Numbered from the stretch's first letter, positions 39,685 to 53,818 are shown. The stretch is 64,000 bases of DNA from Carcharhinus longimanus (GCA_030264375.1 JASCQW010000027.1:79128815-79192814), one strand, 5' to 3'. Notes: generated from the sequence alone by a model not told the origin. A program made the numbers and translations.

Positions 39685-39970
39685 AATAAAGTTTATTTAT
39701 TAGTGTCACAAGTAGGCTTGCATTAATACTGCAATGAAGTTACTTTGAAAATCTCCTAGTTGCCACGCTCTGGCAGCTGTTCAAGTACACTGGGGGAGAA
39801 CTTAGCATGGCCAATGCACTTAAACCAGCACGTCTTTAGGACTGTGGGAGGAAACCCACACAGACACGGGGAGAACATGCAGTTCCACACAGACAGCGAG
39901 CCAAGCCAGGAATCAAACCCAGATCCTTGGTGCTGTGAGGCAGCAGTGCTAACCACTGTGCCACCGTGCA
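39685..39970 (-). mobile_element. HE1-like alternative-tail SINE inside the LTR element
   Basis: Same tail as the 35348 copy. Confidence 0.9.
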
Positions 39971-42900
39971 GTTAAAATAGCCAACCTCACTCTGGTCCTT
40001 ATTGCAGAGTCAGTTTTTACAGAAAGTTCATGAGGTTTGCTCCCTCGTCTGAGGAAAGTGTCACTGACTATGAGGCAGTGAAAGGGGCTATTTTAAGTGC
40101 GCATCAGTTAGTACCAGACACATACATCAGAAATTCCGTACCCTCAGGAAATCATCTGACAGAACATACCTGGAATTTGAAAGGCTTAAGCAACTATCTT
40201 TTGATCAGTAGATGCGGGTACTTAAAACAGAAGTCACTTACAAAGCCCTCTGTGAAATAGTTCTCCTTGAGAAGTTCAAAAACTCCATGCGCTTTCCAAC
40301 AAGAACACGCTCAGAACAGCGGAGGGTCACGGGCCAGGCAGAGCAACGCTGGCTGACAATTACGAGCTGATCCGCCGACCCTCATTCCAGAAGAGACCAT
40401 TCCCGAGTCAATCTCAACGAGCCGGGAAGGGTTGGGGTTGACTTGGTGAGTCATGGGCCAGTGGTGGGAAACCAAGCATCCATGGATAGAGAGAAATTCT
40501 GGGGGAAATTTTCAGGAGAAAAAGGGTAGTGTTGAAATGAATACTGAGGCCAAGAAGCCTGTATGTTTTCACTGCCAAAAGTTAGGGCACATCCAGGACA
40601 ATTGCTGAAGGTCACAGGAAAAACCAATCGATTTATGAGGGCTATACAACCTGTGCAGAGAATGGGAGTCCATCAGAGAGCATAGCAGAGCAGGTTATGG
40701 CTCTGACTGTGACTGCAAATGGAATGCCTCCACAGGGAGAATAAGGTTAAACAAATTCCTTAGAGTTGCAGGGATTTTGTGTCCAGTGGCCATGTTTCCC
40801 TTGGGTGAGGCCAAAAAGCCTGTAGTAATACGAAGGATTACAGACTTTGCTGCTAGGAAAAAAGTATGACCTTCCCACCAGAGAGTGCAGTAAATGCCAA
40901 AGTGTTAATAAAGGGGATTGAAGGAGGGCACATGCTCATTCACCTATACTAGGCCCTATACTAGAAGTGCGACCTTGTGTCAAGACCAGTGACAGTGGGA
41001 ATAGTCCCCCATCCGTGGATGGGGTTTACCTGCTCCTTATAATGACGAGGATCAAGGGTGATTGCATCTTCGTTCATCTCAGTAAAGCACACTGAGGTCA
41101 AGGAGACAGAACAGCTGCAGGAGATGGTGCTTGGCATTTTCCTTGGTTGTGTGGAAACCCGGTCTATGGCCAGACATGCTCCATCAGAGAAAGCTGAAGT
41201 GGCGCTGCATGGAGACACAAGACCCTCCAGTCTGACTATTTGCACCCTTTCTCTGGAGACTAGAAGACCCTAAGAAGGTAATAAATAAATCTTCCTTGGT
41301 CATAGCTCAGCAAGCTGTCTCACAAGGCAGTAAATGAGATCAGTCAAGATCTTATTGAATGGCAGAGCAGGCTCGAGGGGCCAGATGGCCTACTCGTGCT
41401 CTTAGTTCTTGTGAGGTTGGTGAGCAAACTGCACACGGTACAGTGATGCAGCAGGACATAGGCAAGGAGAAGGTGAAAAGGAACGTAGTAGTGATTGGGG
41501 ATAGTGGGGTGAAGGGTATTGNNNNNNNNNNNNNNNNNNNNNNNNNNNNNNNNNNNNNNNNNNNNNNNNNNNNNNNNNNNNNNNNNNNNNNNNNNNNNNN
41601 NNNNNNNNNNNNNNNNNNNNNGAATGGCGGGGCAGGCTCGAAGGGCTAGATGGCCTACTCCTGCTCCTATTTCTTATGTTCTTATGTTCTTAAAACCATC
41701 AACTCAGACTGCTCACACTGTCACTGAGGCTAAATGATACAACATTAAAAATGAGGTGCTGTTGAGGAAATGGAAACCCCCTCATAGACCTTCTAATGAG
41801 GAGCAGACAGTGATCCACCAGGTACCGGTGTCTCAAAGGTACCCTGAGAAATTTTGTGATGAGCCACAAAATTCCAATGGCAGGGCATATAAGTATATGC
41901 AAGTCCACATCAGTCAGCATTTCTACTAGCCGCATCTCCAGAGGGACATAATAAGGTCTTGCCGAACCTGCCCACACATTCCAGGTCATGGGGAAACCCC
42001 GACCTACAATATGACCTGCACCGATCATTGCCTTGTTGGTTTTTGGTGAAACTATTTGACAAAATGTTAGCGGATTGTGTGGGACCCTATCCAAAACAAA
42101 GGGGTTCACAGGTATACTTTTGACCCTAATGAACATGGCTACCCATTTCCTAGAGGCTATTCTCCCGAGAACCAAATCTGCCAAAACAGTGGAACTGACC
42201 CAATTCTTTACCAGGTATGGTCTTCCCACTGAGATCCAGTCAACCAAGGCTCAAATTTCATGTTCAAGATATTCCAGGAAGAAACCTATATCATAAAGGC
42301 CGATTAGCTCAGGGGATACTGACAGAGTTCCCTTGACAGCTTGGGCAAAGGGAATCTCCTCCATCTTTGTGACTCCAGACAGATTATACCAGTGTCGGGT
42401 TATGCCCTTTGGACTCTGAAGTGTCCCAGGAACATCCAAAGGCTGATGAACCAAGCAGTGGCGGCCTTGTCCAATTGTGTGGTATACCTGGGTGATCTCA
42501 TAGTGTACATAGCAACACCTGGAAAATCCATGTAAAGAAACTGGAAGCCCTCTCCGGAGAGTATAGTCAGCAGACCTAGTGATCAATCTCACAAAGAACT
42601 TTCTCGCTATAGCTAAAGTGACCAATCTAGGACATGTAGTGGGCCAAGGACAGGGCTATCAAGGTACAAGCTGTAGTCCAATTTGTCATTCCAACGCAAA
42701 ATGGGAAATCATGAGATTTTTAGGGATTTGGGTGTTTTACCACAGGTTTGTCCCAGATTTCAGTCCAGTAGTCGCACTGCTGATAGACTTACTGCAAAAA
42801 AAAAGTAAAAGTATATGGACTGAGAAATGCCAGACACTTTAAAAAAACTAATGGCCATTTTAATAGGCGAACATGTGCTTGAAGCTCTGGATTTTGACCA

Positions 42901-43604
42901 AGCATTTAAAATAGCCATTGATGCCAGTGAGATCTGGGTGGCAGCTGTAGGAGGACAAATCTGGGAATGAGAACGTAGTATCTTCAAAGACAGGTTACCC
43001 TCAATTAGATTAATTAATAAACAATTTAGGAAAACAACTATTTACAAAGGGTGATATAAAGGCTACCGTCCGTGACCCTGAGACTGCAGAGGCAACCCAC
43101 ACTCTGCTGAGTAGTCAAACAGGTCACATGACACGCCAAGGACTTGCCCCTTAAAGGGGTACAGTACCACAGAGAGACCAATCAGTTACCTCTCCAAAAA
43201 ACTCAACCAGCATCAAATAGAGTATTCCACAGTACAGAGGGACACTCTGGGGTTGTTATTGGTTATNNNNNNNNNNNNNNNNNNNNNNNNNNNNNNNNNN
43301 NNNNNNNNNNNNNNNNNNNNNNNNNNNNNNNNNNNNNNNNNNNNNNNNNNNNNNNNNNNNNNNNNNNNNNNNNNNNNNNNNNNNNNNNNNNNNNNNNNNN
43401 NNNNNNNNNNNNNNNNNNNNNNNNNNNNNNNNNNNNNNNNNNNNNNNNNNNNNNNNNNNNNNNNNNNNNNNNNNNNNNNNNNNNNNNNNNNNNNNNNNNN
43501 NNNNNNNNNNNNNNNNNNNNNNNNNNNNNNNNNNNNNNNNNNNNNNNNNNNNNNNNNNNNNNNNNNNNNNNNNNNNNNNNNNNNNNNNNNNNNNNNNNNN
43601 NNNN

Positions 43605-43679
43605 GGTTGGACTGAAACCTGGTGTTGTCAGACTTTTTACTGTGTTTACCCCAGTCCAACGCCGGCATATCCACATCAC
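43605..43679 (+). mobile_element. Penelope-like family A 3' end following a gap
   Basis: gttggactgaaacctggtgttgtcagac...gccggcatatccacatca. Confidence 0.65.
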
Positions 43680-45284
43680 AGCTAATCACTGACAGCAATG
43701 GCTGTGGGCAAAGGACGGGGGAGGTGGTGTCTGGTGATTGTCTAAGGAACAATGGGACGCCTCCCTGTGCTTCCAGACAAGCTACTTGTAAAATTGTCCA
43801 AAGACTGACTACCATCTCTGGTAAAGACAAAGGAATATCTCATCTCAAAGACCCTGGGCATACTTGCCTAGACAGGTGTGTGCATTCTGGGTCTCCCGTT
43901 AGAAAATACATAGGAGGAGGCTACAAGCCGTCCTGCTATCAGCCTGTGGGTGTCTGTCTGTCAGTTGTATGTGTGTGTGTGCGCACACGCGTGTCCATGC
44001 ATGTGCGTGTACACGTGCTGAGCCAAGGAGCAGCTGGAGGTTTGTCACACTGAAGCTGTCACAATAACTGAAGCAGGGTCCCTGCAAAACAGCCATCTTT
44101 TGCAGGAACATATAAAACTGTCTCTCTGACTGTAGAAGTCAATCAGCCAGCAGAAAGAACTGAAATCTCTCTACCAAACCACTAAATCGAAGAATCAACT
44201 ATTCGTCAGCAGAAGTCAACTCCTGGAATCAACCTGTATCGACAACAATGCTCATCACCTACTCCTTGCAACTCAAAAGCTTGTTCCCTAAACCTATTTT
44301 TTAATACGTGTTTATGATCAATTCTGACTTCTAATTTGTATGAATATAGATGCATGTGTTTTAACAGTTTTTACCTTTTTAGTGGTTAATAAATTTACTC
44401 CTTCTTAACTCAAGAAATCCTACTTAGATATGCTCCTTCTTGTAACTAATAACATAACTATTGGATCTGGAAAATGTATTCAAAGGAAAGGGAACCTTGT
44501 TAGATTAACCCTTTGTTGCCACCAGCAGAGGGTGGGTTGAATAAAGAGATGGAGCCAGTCATCCCTCTCTACTTTGGTTTGTAACAATTTGGGGTTATCG
44601 CAGCCGGAGGGTGACAAACCAAGGGCTCTTGCCCAGATCAACAACTTTTGGGGAACATCACCTGGGGCTGGCTGTAATATTATCTATTGTCATACCTTTT
44701 AATTTAATGCTGCTCATACTTATGTTATTTAAGTTTTATCCTCCAGTTGTGAATACTTAATGTTGCAGCAGCTATCTCACAAGATGAAATCCATGCAACA
44801 TTTTGGTGATATCAGAGCTTTGACATTAAACACCTTTGCCTCGTGAGAATTGTGCATAAATGGAGTGGGGGTCTGGGAGATGTTAATATTGAATCAAGTG
44901 CACTTACTAACCTGAAGTTGCTCTGTTCCTTCTGGGACTGTTTCCATTTTGCTAGTATCAGCAAGGCAGCAAGGAGTTTATTTGAAATGCAAATATCATA
45001 GTCCAACATCATCAATGGCACTGCAGAGGGAATACAGGACTGCATGTAACCACAACAAGTGAGAAATACCATCTGGCCAAAAGAGGCCAAGGTAAATACT
45101 AAAACATAACTTAGTTCTGAACTGTCCAGCTCCAAACTTTCAACAATTGTGGTGAAAATGCCTTTTCCTCCATCCCCTTGTGACTCCCAATTGTGTCAAC
45201 AGGGCTCCTCATTCACCCTGAGCCATTATCTCATCTACCATTCTCCCTGACTTATCCCACAACTGTCAGTGACCAATCCTATAG

Positions 45285-46545
45285 GCACATAAATAGCAAA
45301 GGAGTTCTGAAAGGAATAGGACCAATTATGGACCAAAAAGGAAGAGGATCATGGAGAGAAGGGACATAGCTAAGTAATGAGATGAATACATTCTATCAGT
45401 CTTTACCAAGGCAAATGCTACTCAGGCCATGGCACCAGATGAGGAAACTCTGTCACTATAAGGGTTCAAAATTAATAAGGAAGTATTGGATAAACTGTCT
45501 GTACTTAATGTTGACAGGGCACTGATACCAAAGGAAATTGAGGGAAATGAGAATGGAAATTGCAGAGGCACTGGCCATAATCTTTCAGTCTGCTCTAGAC
45601 TCAGGAGGTTCCAGAGGACTGGAGAATTGCAAATGTTGTACTTTATTCAAAAAAGATTGTAAGGTTTGCCCAAACAATTACAGACCAGTCAGATTGACTT
45701 TGTTGGTTGGGAAGCTTCTAAAACCAATTATTCAGGATAGAATTAATAATCACATGGAAAATGGAGTTGATTAGAAAGAGCCAGCGTGGATTTCTTCAAG
45801 GAAGATTTAACTAAATTGCTGAAGTTTTTTGAAGAGGTAACAGAGAGGGAAGATGAGGGTAATGCTGTTGATGCAGTGTACATGGACTTTCAAAGGGCAT
45901 TTGATACAGTACCTCACCACACACTTGACAGAAAAGTTGTAGCTCATGGAATAAAAGGGACAGTGGGAACATGAATGCAGAATTGACTGAGTAACAGGAA
46001 GCAGAGGGTAATGGTTACTTTTAGGGCTGGAGGAATGTTTGTAGTGGAGTTCCTCAGGGCGAGGTATTGGGACCATTGCTTTTTCTAAAATGTATTAATG
46101 ATCAAGATCTAAGTGTACAGGGGACAATTTCAAAATTTACAGATGATATAAAACTTAAACGCATAGTAAACTGTGTGGAGGACAGTGTAGAACTTCAAAT
46201 GGACATAAACAAGTTGGTGGAGAGGGCAGATAGGTGGCAATTGAAGTTCAATATGGAGAAATGTGATGGACAGACAATATAAAGGATACAACTCTAAAGG
46301 GTGTGTGGAGGCAGGGGGACCTGGGTGTATGTGTACATTAAAGGTGGCAGGACAGGTGGAAATAACAGTTAATAAAGCATACAGTTTCCTAGGCTTTAAT
46401 AATAGTGGCAATAATAATAATAATAATGAGATTATATTAAACTTGTATAAGACATTAGACTCCAGCTGGAATATTGTGTACAATATTCTGCGTACAACAC
46501 AATAGGAAGGTTTTGAATGCATTGAAGAGAATGCAGAAGATGTTT
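45285..46545 (+). mobile_element. CR1 LINE ORF2 (RT) remnant
   Basis: NYRPVRLT, VDAVYMDFQRAFDTVPH, LGPLLF..INDQD...KFTDDIKL. Confidence 0.9.
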
Positions 46546-46929
46546 ACTCTGACTAACCCATGACTTTGAATATCTCTATCAAACCTCCTCTTAGCTGCTT
46601 TCTCCCCAAGGAAAATAGCCTCTACTTCTTCTGTCTATCCTCACAACTGAAATTCTTCATTCCTGGAACCATTCTAAGAACATAAGAAATAGGAGCAGGA
46701 GTAGGCCATCTAGCCCTTTGAGCCTGCCCCACCAGCCATGATCTTATTGAATGGCGGGGCAGGCTCGAAGGGCTCGATGGCTGGGAAAAAGCCACTGGGT
46801 TAAAACCCTACATCTTCCTGCCTCCTTTTGGAGTTCCCTGGGGCAGATTGCCTGTTAGAATGAAAACCTTTGTGGGTGAAACTGCAAAGCCAATTAGGAT
46901 AATTACAAAGCCAATAAAGAGCTATTTTA

Positions 46930-48575
46930 CAATGGCGCTGTCTCATCAGAATATTTAATGTTCTGAGAGAAACAAGTTTTAGTGAGGAGCTGAAGGAAAT
47001 CAGCATTAGCAGAGAAATAGTTCTGGGGAAATTGATAGGATTGAATGTGGATAAATCTCAGGTCCTGATAATCTTTATTCCAGAGTACTTAAGGAAGCGG
47101 CACTGGAAATAGTAGATCCACTGGTGGTTATTTTCCAAAATTCTTTGGACACTGGACTGGTTCCTACAAATGTAAACCTGCCATTCAAAAAGGGAGGTAG
47201 AGAGAAAACAGGGAACTATAGACCAGTGAGACCAACGACAATACTGGAGAAGTTGCTGAAGTCCATTATCAAAGATTTCATAACTCAGCATTTGGAAAGC
47301 AGTGGTATGATCAAAGTCAGTGTGGATTTATAAAAGGGAAATCATGTTTGATGAATCCATTGGAATTCTTTGAGGATGCAATTGGTAGAGTTGACTGAGG
47401 AGAATCTTCGGCTGTGGTTTATTTAGACTTTCAGAAGGCTTTCAATAAGGTCTGTCATAAGTTAAAGCATATGGGACTGCAGGTAATGTCTTGAGATTGA
47501 CAGAAAGCTGATTAGGAAGCAAAGAGTTGACATAAATGGGTCATTTTCTGATTAATGAGTGGTGGGGTTCCACAGGATCTATGCTAGGACCCCAACTGTT
47601 CACATTATATATTAACGATTTGGAAGAGGAAACAGAATGCATTCCCTCCAAATTTGCAGATAATACAAAGTTGGATGGGAGAGTGAGCTGTGAGGAGGGT
47701 GCAGAGATACTTCAGCGTGATTTGGACAAGCTGAGTGTGTCTGCATCTGCATGGCAGAGACAGTATAATGTGGATAAATATGAGGTTATCCACTTTGGTA
47801 GTAATGATAGGAAGGCAGATTATTACTTGAATGGGTGTAAATTGAGAGAGGTGGATACTCAACAAGACCTTGGAGTCTTTGTGCATCAATCGCTGAAAGT
47901 AAACATGCAGGTGCAGCAGACAGCAAAGAAGGCAAATGGTATGTTGGCCTTCATAGTAAGAGGATTTGAGTATAGGGATTGGGATGTTTTGCTGCAATTG
48001 TATAGCGCATTGCTGAGGCCACACCTGGTGTATTGTGTGCAGATTTGGTGTCCTTATCTGAGAAAGGATGTCTTTACTGTAGAGAAAGAGCAGCAAAGGT
48101 TTACCAGGCTGATTCCTGGGAAGGCACGTCTGTCTTATGAGGAGAGATTAAGTCAGTTAGGATTATATTCACTGGCGCTTAGAAGAGTGAGGGGGATCTC
48201 ATAGAAACTTATAAAATTCTAACAGGTTTAGACAGGGTAGATTCAGAAAAAAATGATTCCAATGGTGGAGGAATCCAGAACTAGGGGTCATAGTTTGAAA
48301 ATAGGGGTAAAACTTTTAGAACTGAGGTGGGGAGAAATTTCTTCACCCAGAGGGTGGTGAATGTGTGGACTCACTACCCACGTATGTAGTTGAGGCCAAA
48401 AGGTCTGGTTTCAAGAAGAAATTAGATATAGCTGTTGGGGCTAAAGGGATCAAGGGACGTTGGAGGAAGGGGGAAATCAGAACATTGAATTTAATGATCA
48501 GCCATGATCAAAATGAATGGTGGAGCAGGCTCAAAGTGCCGAATGGCCTACTTCTAGTTTCTATGTTTCCTATCT
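46930..48575 (+). mobile_element. CR1/HER1-type LINE, RT to 3' tail
   Basis: GNYRPV, LGPQLFTLYINDL, FADNTKL, LYSALLRPHLVYCVQIWCP, ctatgtt tail; frameshifted. Confidence 0.92.
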
Positions 48576-50083
48576 GATCAAACAGTGCCTGTCCACCTGC
48601 TCACTTTAGCTGATGGTCCACAATCATATCTAATCAGTAATTTTCCACCCACATCAGTACTTAATTTTATCTATTGTTTTACGTTTATCTCTTTTCAGTG
48701 TTGTATTATCTCCTTGTATGGTGGCTATATTTATTATAAATCAAGAAATTCCTCCATCTCCCTTTTTACCCCCTTGGCTCCAGCACTTGGCTATATTTTG
48801 CTATCAGTCATGTTCCTGAGATGCTAACAATGTCAATAATATTGACGGTTGAAGCTAGTGTTTTATTCCTCCTTCTTGTGTTCGGATAAAAACATTTATG
48901 CCTACCCTCAGAATACTCTAGTTATCATTTGCTCATTAAGATCATTAAGCTTTTTTTTTGCTTACACTTCACCCAACTTATGTATTTAAGTGCACCCTTT
49001 ATCCTGTCCTATCCTACCAGCATGATAGGGAGTGGGATAGCTTGATCTTGGGTTTGGACATGGCTTGGCATAACATCGAGGGCAGGAGGGCCTGTACTGT
49101 ACTATTCTATGTTCTATGTTCTCTGTTATTGCAGCGAGTTAGATTACATAAGGCCTATCTCATCTGAAAAGCTTCCCTATGTGATTATTCTAAATGAGTA
49201 GCTACCTCCTTTAAAATAACTGGTGAGGAATTTTATTTGTGAATGCTAAACATGTGATAATTAAGATTTAAAAGACAGGATCATAAAATCACAATTGCAA
49301 TAAAGGTGCCAGCAAAATTCATGAGTATTATAACAACAAGCAATGCAATATTATGCATGTGCTTTGATTGTAAATTCTGCTGATAATCCTGTTAATAGTA
49401 GGTTAACAAACACATAGTTCACTATCCAGATCAACATGAGTGAGTTCAAATTACCACATCATTTGAACTCTTCATAAAACAATAAAAAGCATCAACATTG
49501 TTCCAGTGGAAGTCAGTACAATGTATGAACAAAATACCAATATTTGAGTCACATTGCATAAGGTGCACCTGGTAAATTCTGATACATCCTGATTGAAGAT
49601 TTAACTCCTCCATTCAAAGGTACCAGGCTCATCTAAAGAGGCCCACAGACATGTGTTTAAAGAATGATTCCAAATAAATGCAGGGCACCTGGAAAATGCA
49701 GCTCACGCAGACATGGGGCTGAATTTTCAAATGGGTCATGCCAATTAATGTTAATCAAGGGGGCAGCAATTGGCAGGTTTGATGAGGGTCCAAGATCTCT
49801 CTGCTGCCACTGGCTTGAGAGTAGATGGCACAGCCTGTTGCCTGGACTTCTGTTCACTTTGGAAGTCAGACAGACACTGTTGCAGTNNNNNNNNNNNNNN
49901 NNNNNNNNNNNNNNNNNNNNNNNNNNNNNNNNNNNNNNNNNNNNNNNNNNNNNNNNNNNNNNNNNNNNNNNNNNNNNNNNNNNNNNCTGTCATGGCTCAG
50001 TTCCACTTTCCGGCCCTCTCCCCATAACCCTTAATCCCCTCTCTTATCAAAAACCCATCAACCAGATTAGAAACTCCAAGGTA

Positions 50084-50827
50084 TGTTATGAGGTTAGCCA
50101 AGACCCCAACTTTTTTTTTAATTTTGGCATTAAGGTGAGTATACTGTGCTTCACACCAGGTATGATTCAATTGATCCACTAGGGAGCTTTTCTTAAACCT
50201 TAAATTTTAACAACACAATTAAAATATAACACAAAGAATTAGCATAACTTTTGCCAATTGGAAATACTTAAACATGACAAGATATCATTCTTAACAGCTT
50301 GCTATCTCTCTAGTTCCAATGTAGATTTTCAGCCTTTAACCCCTCTGGATAGATATCGAAAGACACATGCTTTCTGACTCCCATACAGCAATTTTCAGAG
50401 AGAGGTTTACCTTCAAGCAGCAGAACCCCAGAGAAATGGACTTTTTCCTGGCAGATCCCAGTCTCAAAGTCCCGAGAAAAAATGAAACATAGAAAAAGCC
50501 ACCTCTCCCTAAAGATCTCGAACAGCAAACTGAGCTTGATTTCTTTGTGTAAGCCTAGCTCCACCCAGTCAGATGGCCTTACTTGTCAATCAACCTAATC
50601 AAACCTCATTCTGAAAATCCCCAGCAGACAACACTAAAACAACAACCCTGCAGTAGTCCACATTAAAACAAACATTGTAGCAATTAAGATCAATTATGCT
50701 GCTGCAGGAACAACAAGGACTGTTGGATGCAGTCAAAATGGCACTGATAATAAAACAAACTACTTAAAAAGATCCTGCACAAGAAACATGAGCCAAATAT
50801 ATTTCTTAAAGGCACAGTATCATCACA
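50084..50827 (-). mobile_element. Probable solo LTR
   Basis: Termini TGTTATGA...TCATCACA form a short inverted repeat with TG...CA; no clear TSD. Confidence 0.45.
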
Positions 50828-52099
50828 ATGACTAATTGTTCTATTATTTCTAACCAAAGGAAAGTTTCTCTTTAATAACCAATCAAGTACTTTAATTACC
50901 TTAAATAATTCAATTAGAGCACTGTTTAAATTTCTGTGCTTGAGGGAATTTAAATCTATATAATCTTTCACCATAATTTAACCCTGTTAGCCCTGGTATC
51001 ATTCTATTGAATCAGTGCCGCACCCCGATAGAAAGCTAACACTGTGGCTCAGCCAAGTTCACCTAGATGGTGATAGACTGCAACAATGAGTATTTTTGTC
51101 TAAGATCAAATGGCTTTGGCTTTGATCAAATGTATCTAGTGATCCCAGGGTTGGATAGAGGGTGACTGAAAAACAATGACAGAGGCAGCTGAGTCACATG
51201 CTCTCAGGGCAGCCTGAAGTGAAGTGTGTTCACATGTCCGAGATAGATGAGGCCTTTGGTTGGCCCACTCATTGCTTGTCTCCAAGCAAGAGGCTGTGCA
51301 ACATACTCCCCACAGGAGAAACAAGGGGAAAAATAATACTCTTTTAGAATTTGGCATCTTCTTTGAGTTGTTTATCATATTTTTGCTGCCAATTCTCAAC
51401 ATTGTAGAATGATATTGCATGTGAAGAGGCCATTTGGCCCATTGAGCCTATGCTGGTTCCTTGGTAGAGCTCTTCAATTAGTCCCTTTCTCCTGCTCGTT
51501 CCAGGATTATCTGTTGAATCTGTTTCGACCGGGATCTGCATGGAAACGTGCTAAAGAACTGAGGCTACTCCAGCATCCAAAGTCCTTGCGAATCATTCTG
51601 GGCCAAGCGAATGCATTCAACCCGTGAACGTAAATCTCACTGCATTTATATAGCGGAGTGCAGCTAACCAGGTTTATGGTTCTCGCATCGACAGTGGCAT
51701 TACAAACCCATTCAGTTGTCACTCCGTGATCTAACAGGAGGAAAGACTCACTCCCATGATTGGTATTGTCCACTAGTCAGCCCACGGCACTTGTGGAGAC
51801 AGGCATCTGACGGCAATTAGTAAAAGAGATTGTTCTGTAGTTTATAGAAAGCTCACTCATCTGCTTCCTGTACATTCCATTCATGCCATGTCTTGCAAAA
51901 AGATAATTCTGAATCTTGACCGTACTTTCCGAATTAAATAGAGCAAAGTATCTCATCTGCACATGTGCAGTATGTGTGGGTACGAAGAATAGGTGGATAT
52001 CAATGTAGGGAAGAGCTTGAAATGCTACTTTATCAGATAAAGGGAGATAGCCTCTGAAAATATTGACATTCACATTCCATCACACCCCTCACTTCATTG

Positions 52100-52412
52100 A
52101 ATCATAAAATCCCTACAGTGCAGAAAGAGGACATTCACAAATCCAATCTGCACCAACCACAATCCCACCCAGGCCCTATTCCCGTAACCCCACATATTTA
52201 TCCTGCGAATCACCTGACACTAGGGTCAACTTAGCATGGCTACTCAACCTAACCAGCATATCTTTGGAGTGTGGCAGGAAACCGGAGCACCCGGAGGAAA
52301 CCCACGCAGACATGGGGAGAATGTGCAAACTCCACACAGACAGTCACCTGAGGCCGGAATCGAACCTGGGGTCCCTGGCAGCGGTACTAACCACTGTGTC
52401 ACCGTGCCACCC
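52100..52412 (-). mobile_element. HE1 SINE
   Basis: B box GGTTCGATTCC, V-domain and tail. Confidence 0.9.
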
Positions 52413-53324
52413 CTTGTACCTTGTAGATAGTGGACAGGCTTTGGGGAGTCAGGAGGTGAATTGACTCCTCTTATTTTTTCAAAGGTTTTGTTCTGAATCC
52501 CTTCAGGTTTTACGACACAATGCAGTCCATTTCAGTTCATTGTAACTGCACTTTATTTGCTTTCACAAGTTATCAGGGCAACTAAACCAGACACTGCGTA
52601 GCAGTACCAGGCAACTAGCAGTAACAGTAAGAACACATATGGAAACAACAAGTGGAAGCTCAGACTAAAGTGTCTCAAAAGGAATTTTTCTCTTCTAAAA
52701 AGGAAGAATGTGCAGGGCTGTGGGGAGAAGGTGAGGATGTGGCAGGAGGAGAATTACTCCTTTGGCAAATAAACACATGCATGATGGGCTGAATGGCCTC
52801 CTTCTGTGCTGTACCCATTATATGATGCCGCGAATACAGGCCAGAATGGGTGGAATGGTTGGTTGGGCTGGTGACAACAGATACTGAGTATAACCTCCTC
52901 GGAGCTCATCACAAAATCATCAGAAAGTGCAATTTTAAAAACATTTGAGTGATTTTAAACACAACCTTGTTGAAAGTTTATTTATTAGTGTCACAAGTAG
53001 GCTTATGTTAACACTGCAATGAAGTTACTGTGAAAATCCTATGGAAGGGAAGTGGTTGGATTATTGTCACATTTACTAATCTCTGCATTCTTCAAGATGC
53101 TGCTAGGTAACCCCTCCTAAGCAGTGCTAAAATCCAAATTTACTGGCTGGAACATGTACCCAGACATGTAGAAAATACACTTTCCGATACTGAGTCACTT
53201 TTCACTTCAGAAATGTTTAAATTTGCCACTGGTACAGTTAAATCTTATGTATACTACATTCCCCTCTCTGACCTCTCTCAACTGTAGAGTGCAACTGATG
53301 GATTGTTCTTTGGGACTCTCATGT

Positions 53325-53818
53325 CATGCACGCGATGCTGCCTGGGTGTGTATGTTTGTGTCTGCGTGTGACTGTGCACGTCTGTGTGTGTGCATGTCTG
53401 TGTTTGTGCGTGTGTGCATGCATATGTCTGTGTGTGTGCATACGTGTCTGCGTGTGTGCACATCTGTGTGTGAGCATGTGTATGCATGTGTTCGCATGTG
53501 CATGAGTGTATGTCTGCATATGTCTGCATGCCTGTGTGTATGTGTACTGATGTGTGTGTGCACATATCTGTATGTGTGTGTGCGTGTACATCTTTGTATG
53601 CGCAAATCTGCATGTGTGCGCATATGTGTTTGCATGTGTATGTGCCCGTGTGCACATGTGTGCACACCTGTTGTGCATGTGTGTGTCTGCGTGCCTATGT
53701 GTGTGTGTCTGCATGTCTGTATGTGTGTGTGTGCACATCTGTGAGTGCGTGTATCTGTGTGTGTGTCTATATGTGTGTGTGCATATGCATGTGTGCATGT
53801 GTGCGTTCGTGTGTGTGA
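53325..53818. repeat. Degenerate (TG/CA)n purine-pyrimidine low-complexity tract
   Basis: About 490 bp of tgtg/tgca/tatg/tgcg units. Confidence 0.95.

Larger units (their letters stand above)
39090..44680 (+). mobile_element. Decayed Gmr1-like Ty3/Gypsy LTR retrotransposon
   Basis: Diverged direct repeats 39090-39405 and 44320-44640; tRNA-Pro-like PBS tttgggagcctgtctgg at about 39425; SCAN-like gag (DYEAVKGAILSAHQLVPDTY); zinc knuckle CFHCQKLGHIQDNC 40564-40605; integrase about 41750-42285; RT (MPFG, YLGD 42485-42496); RNase H FKIAIDAS ending 42928. Confidence 0.85.

Noticed and set aside
47536-48204. 222-aa ORF as a host gene
   Set aside because: CR1 reverse transcriptase fragment; frameshifted, with FADD changed to FADN.
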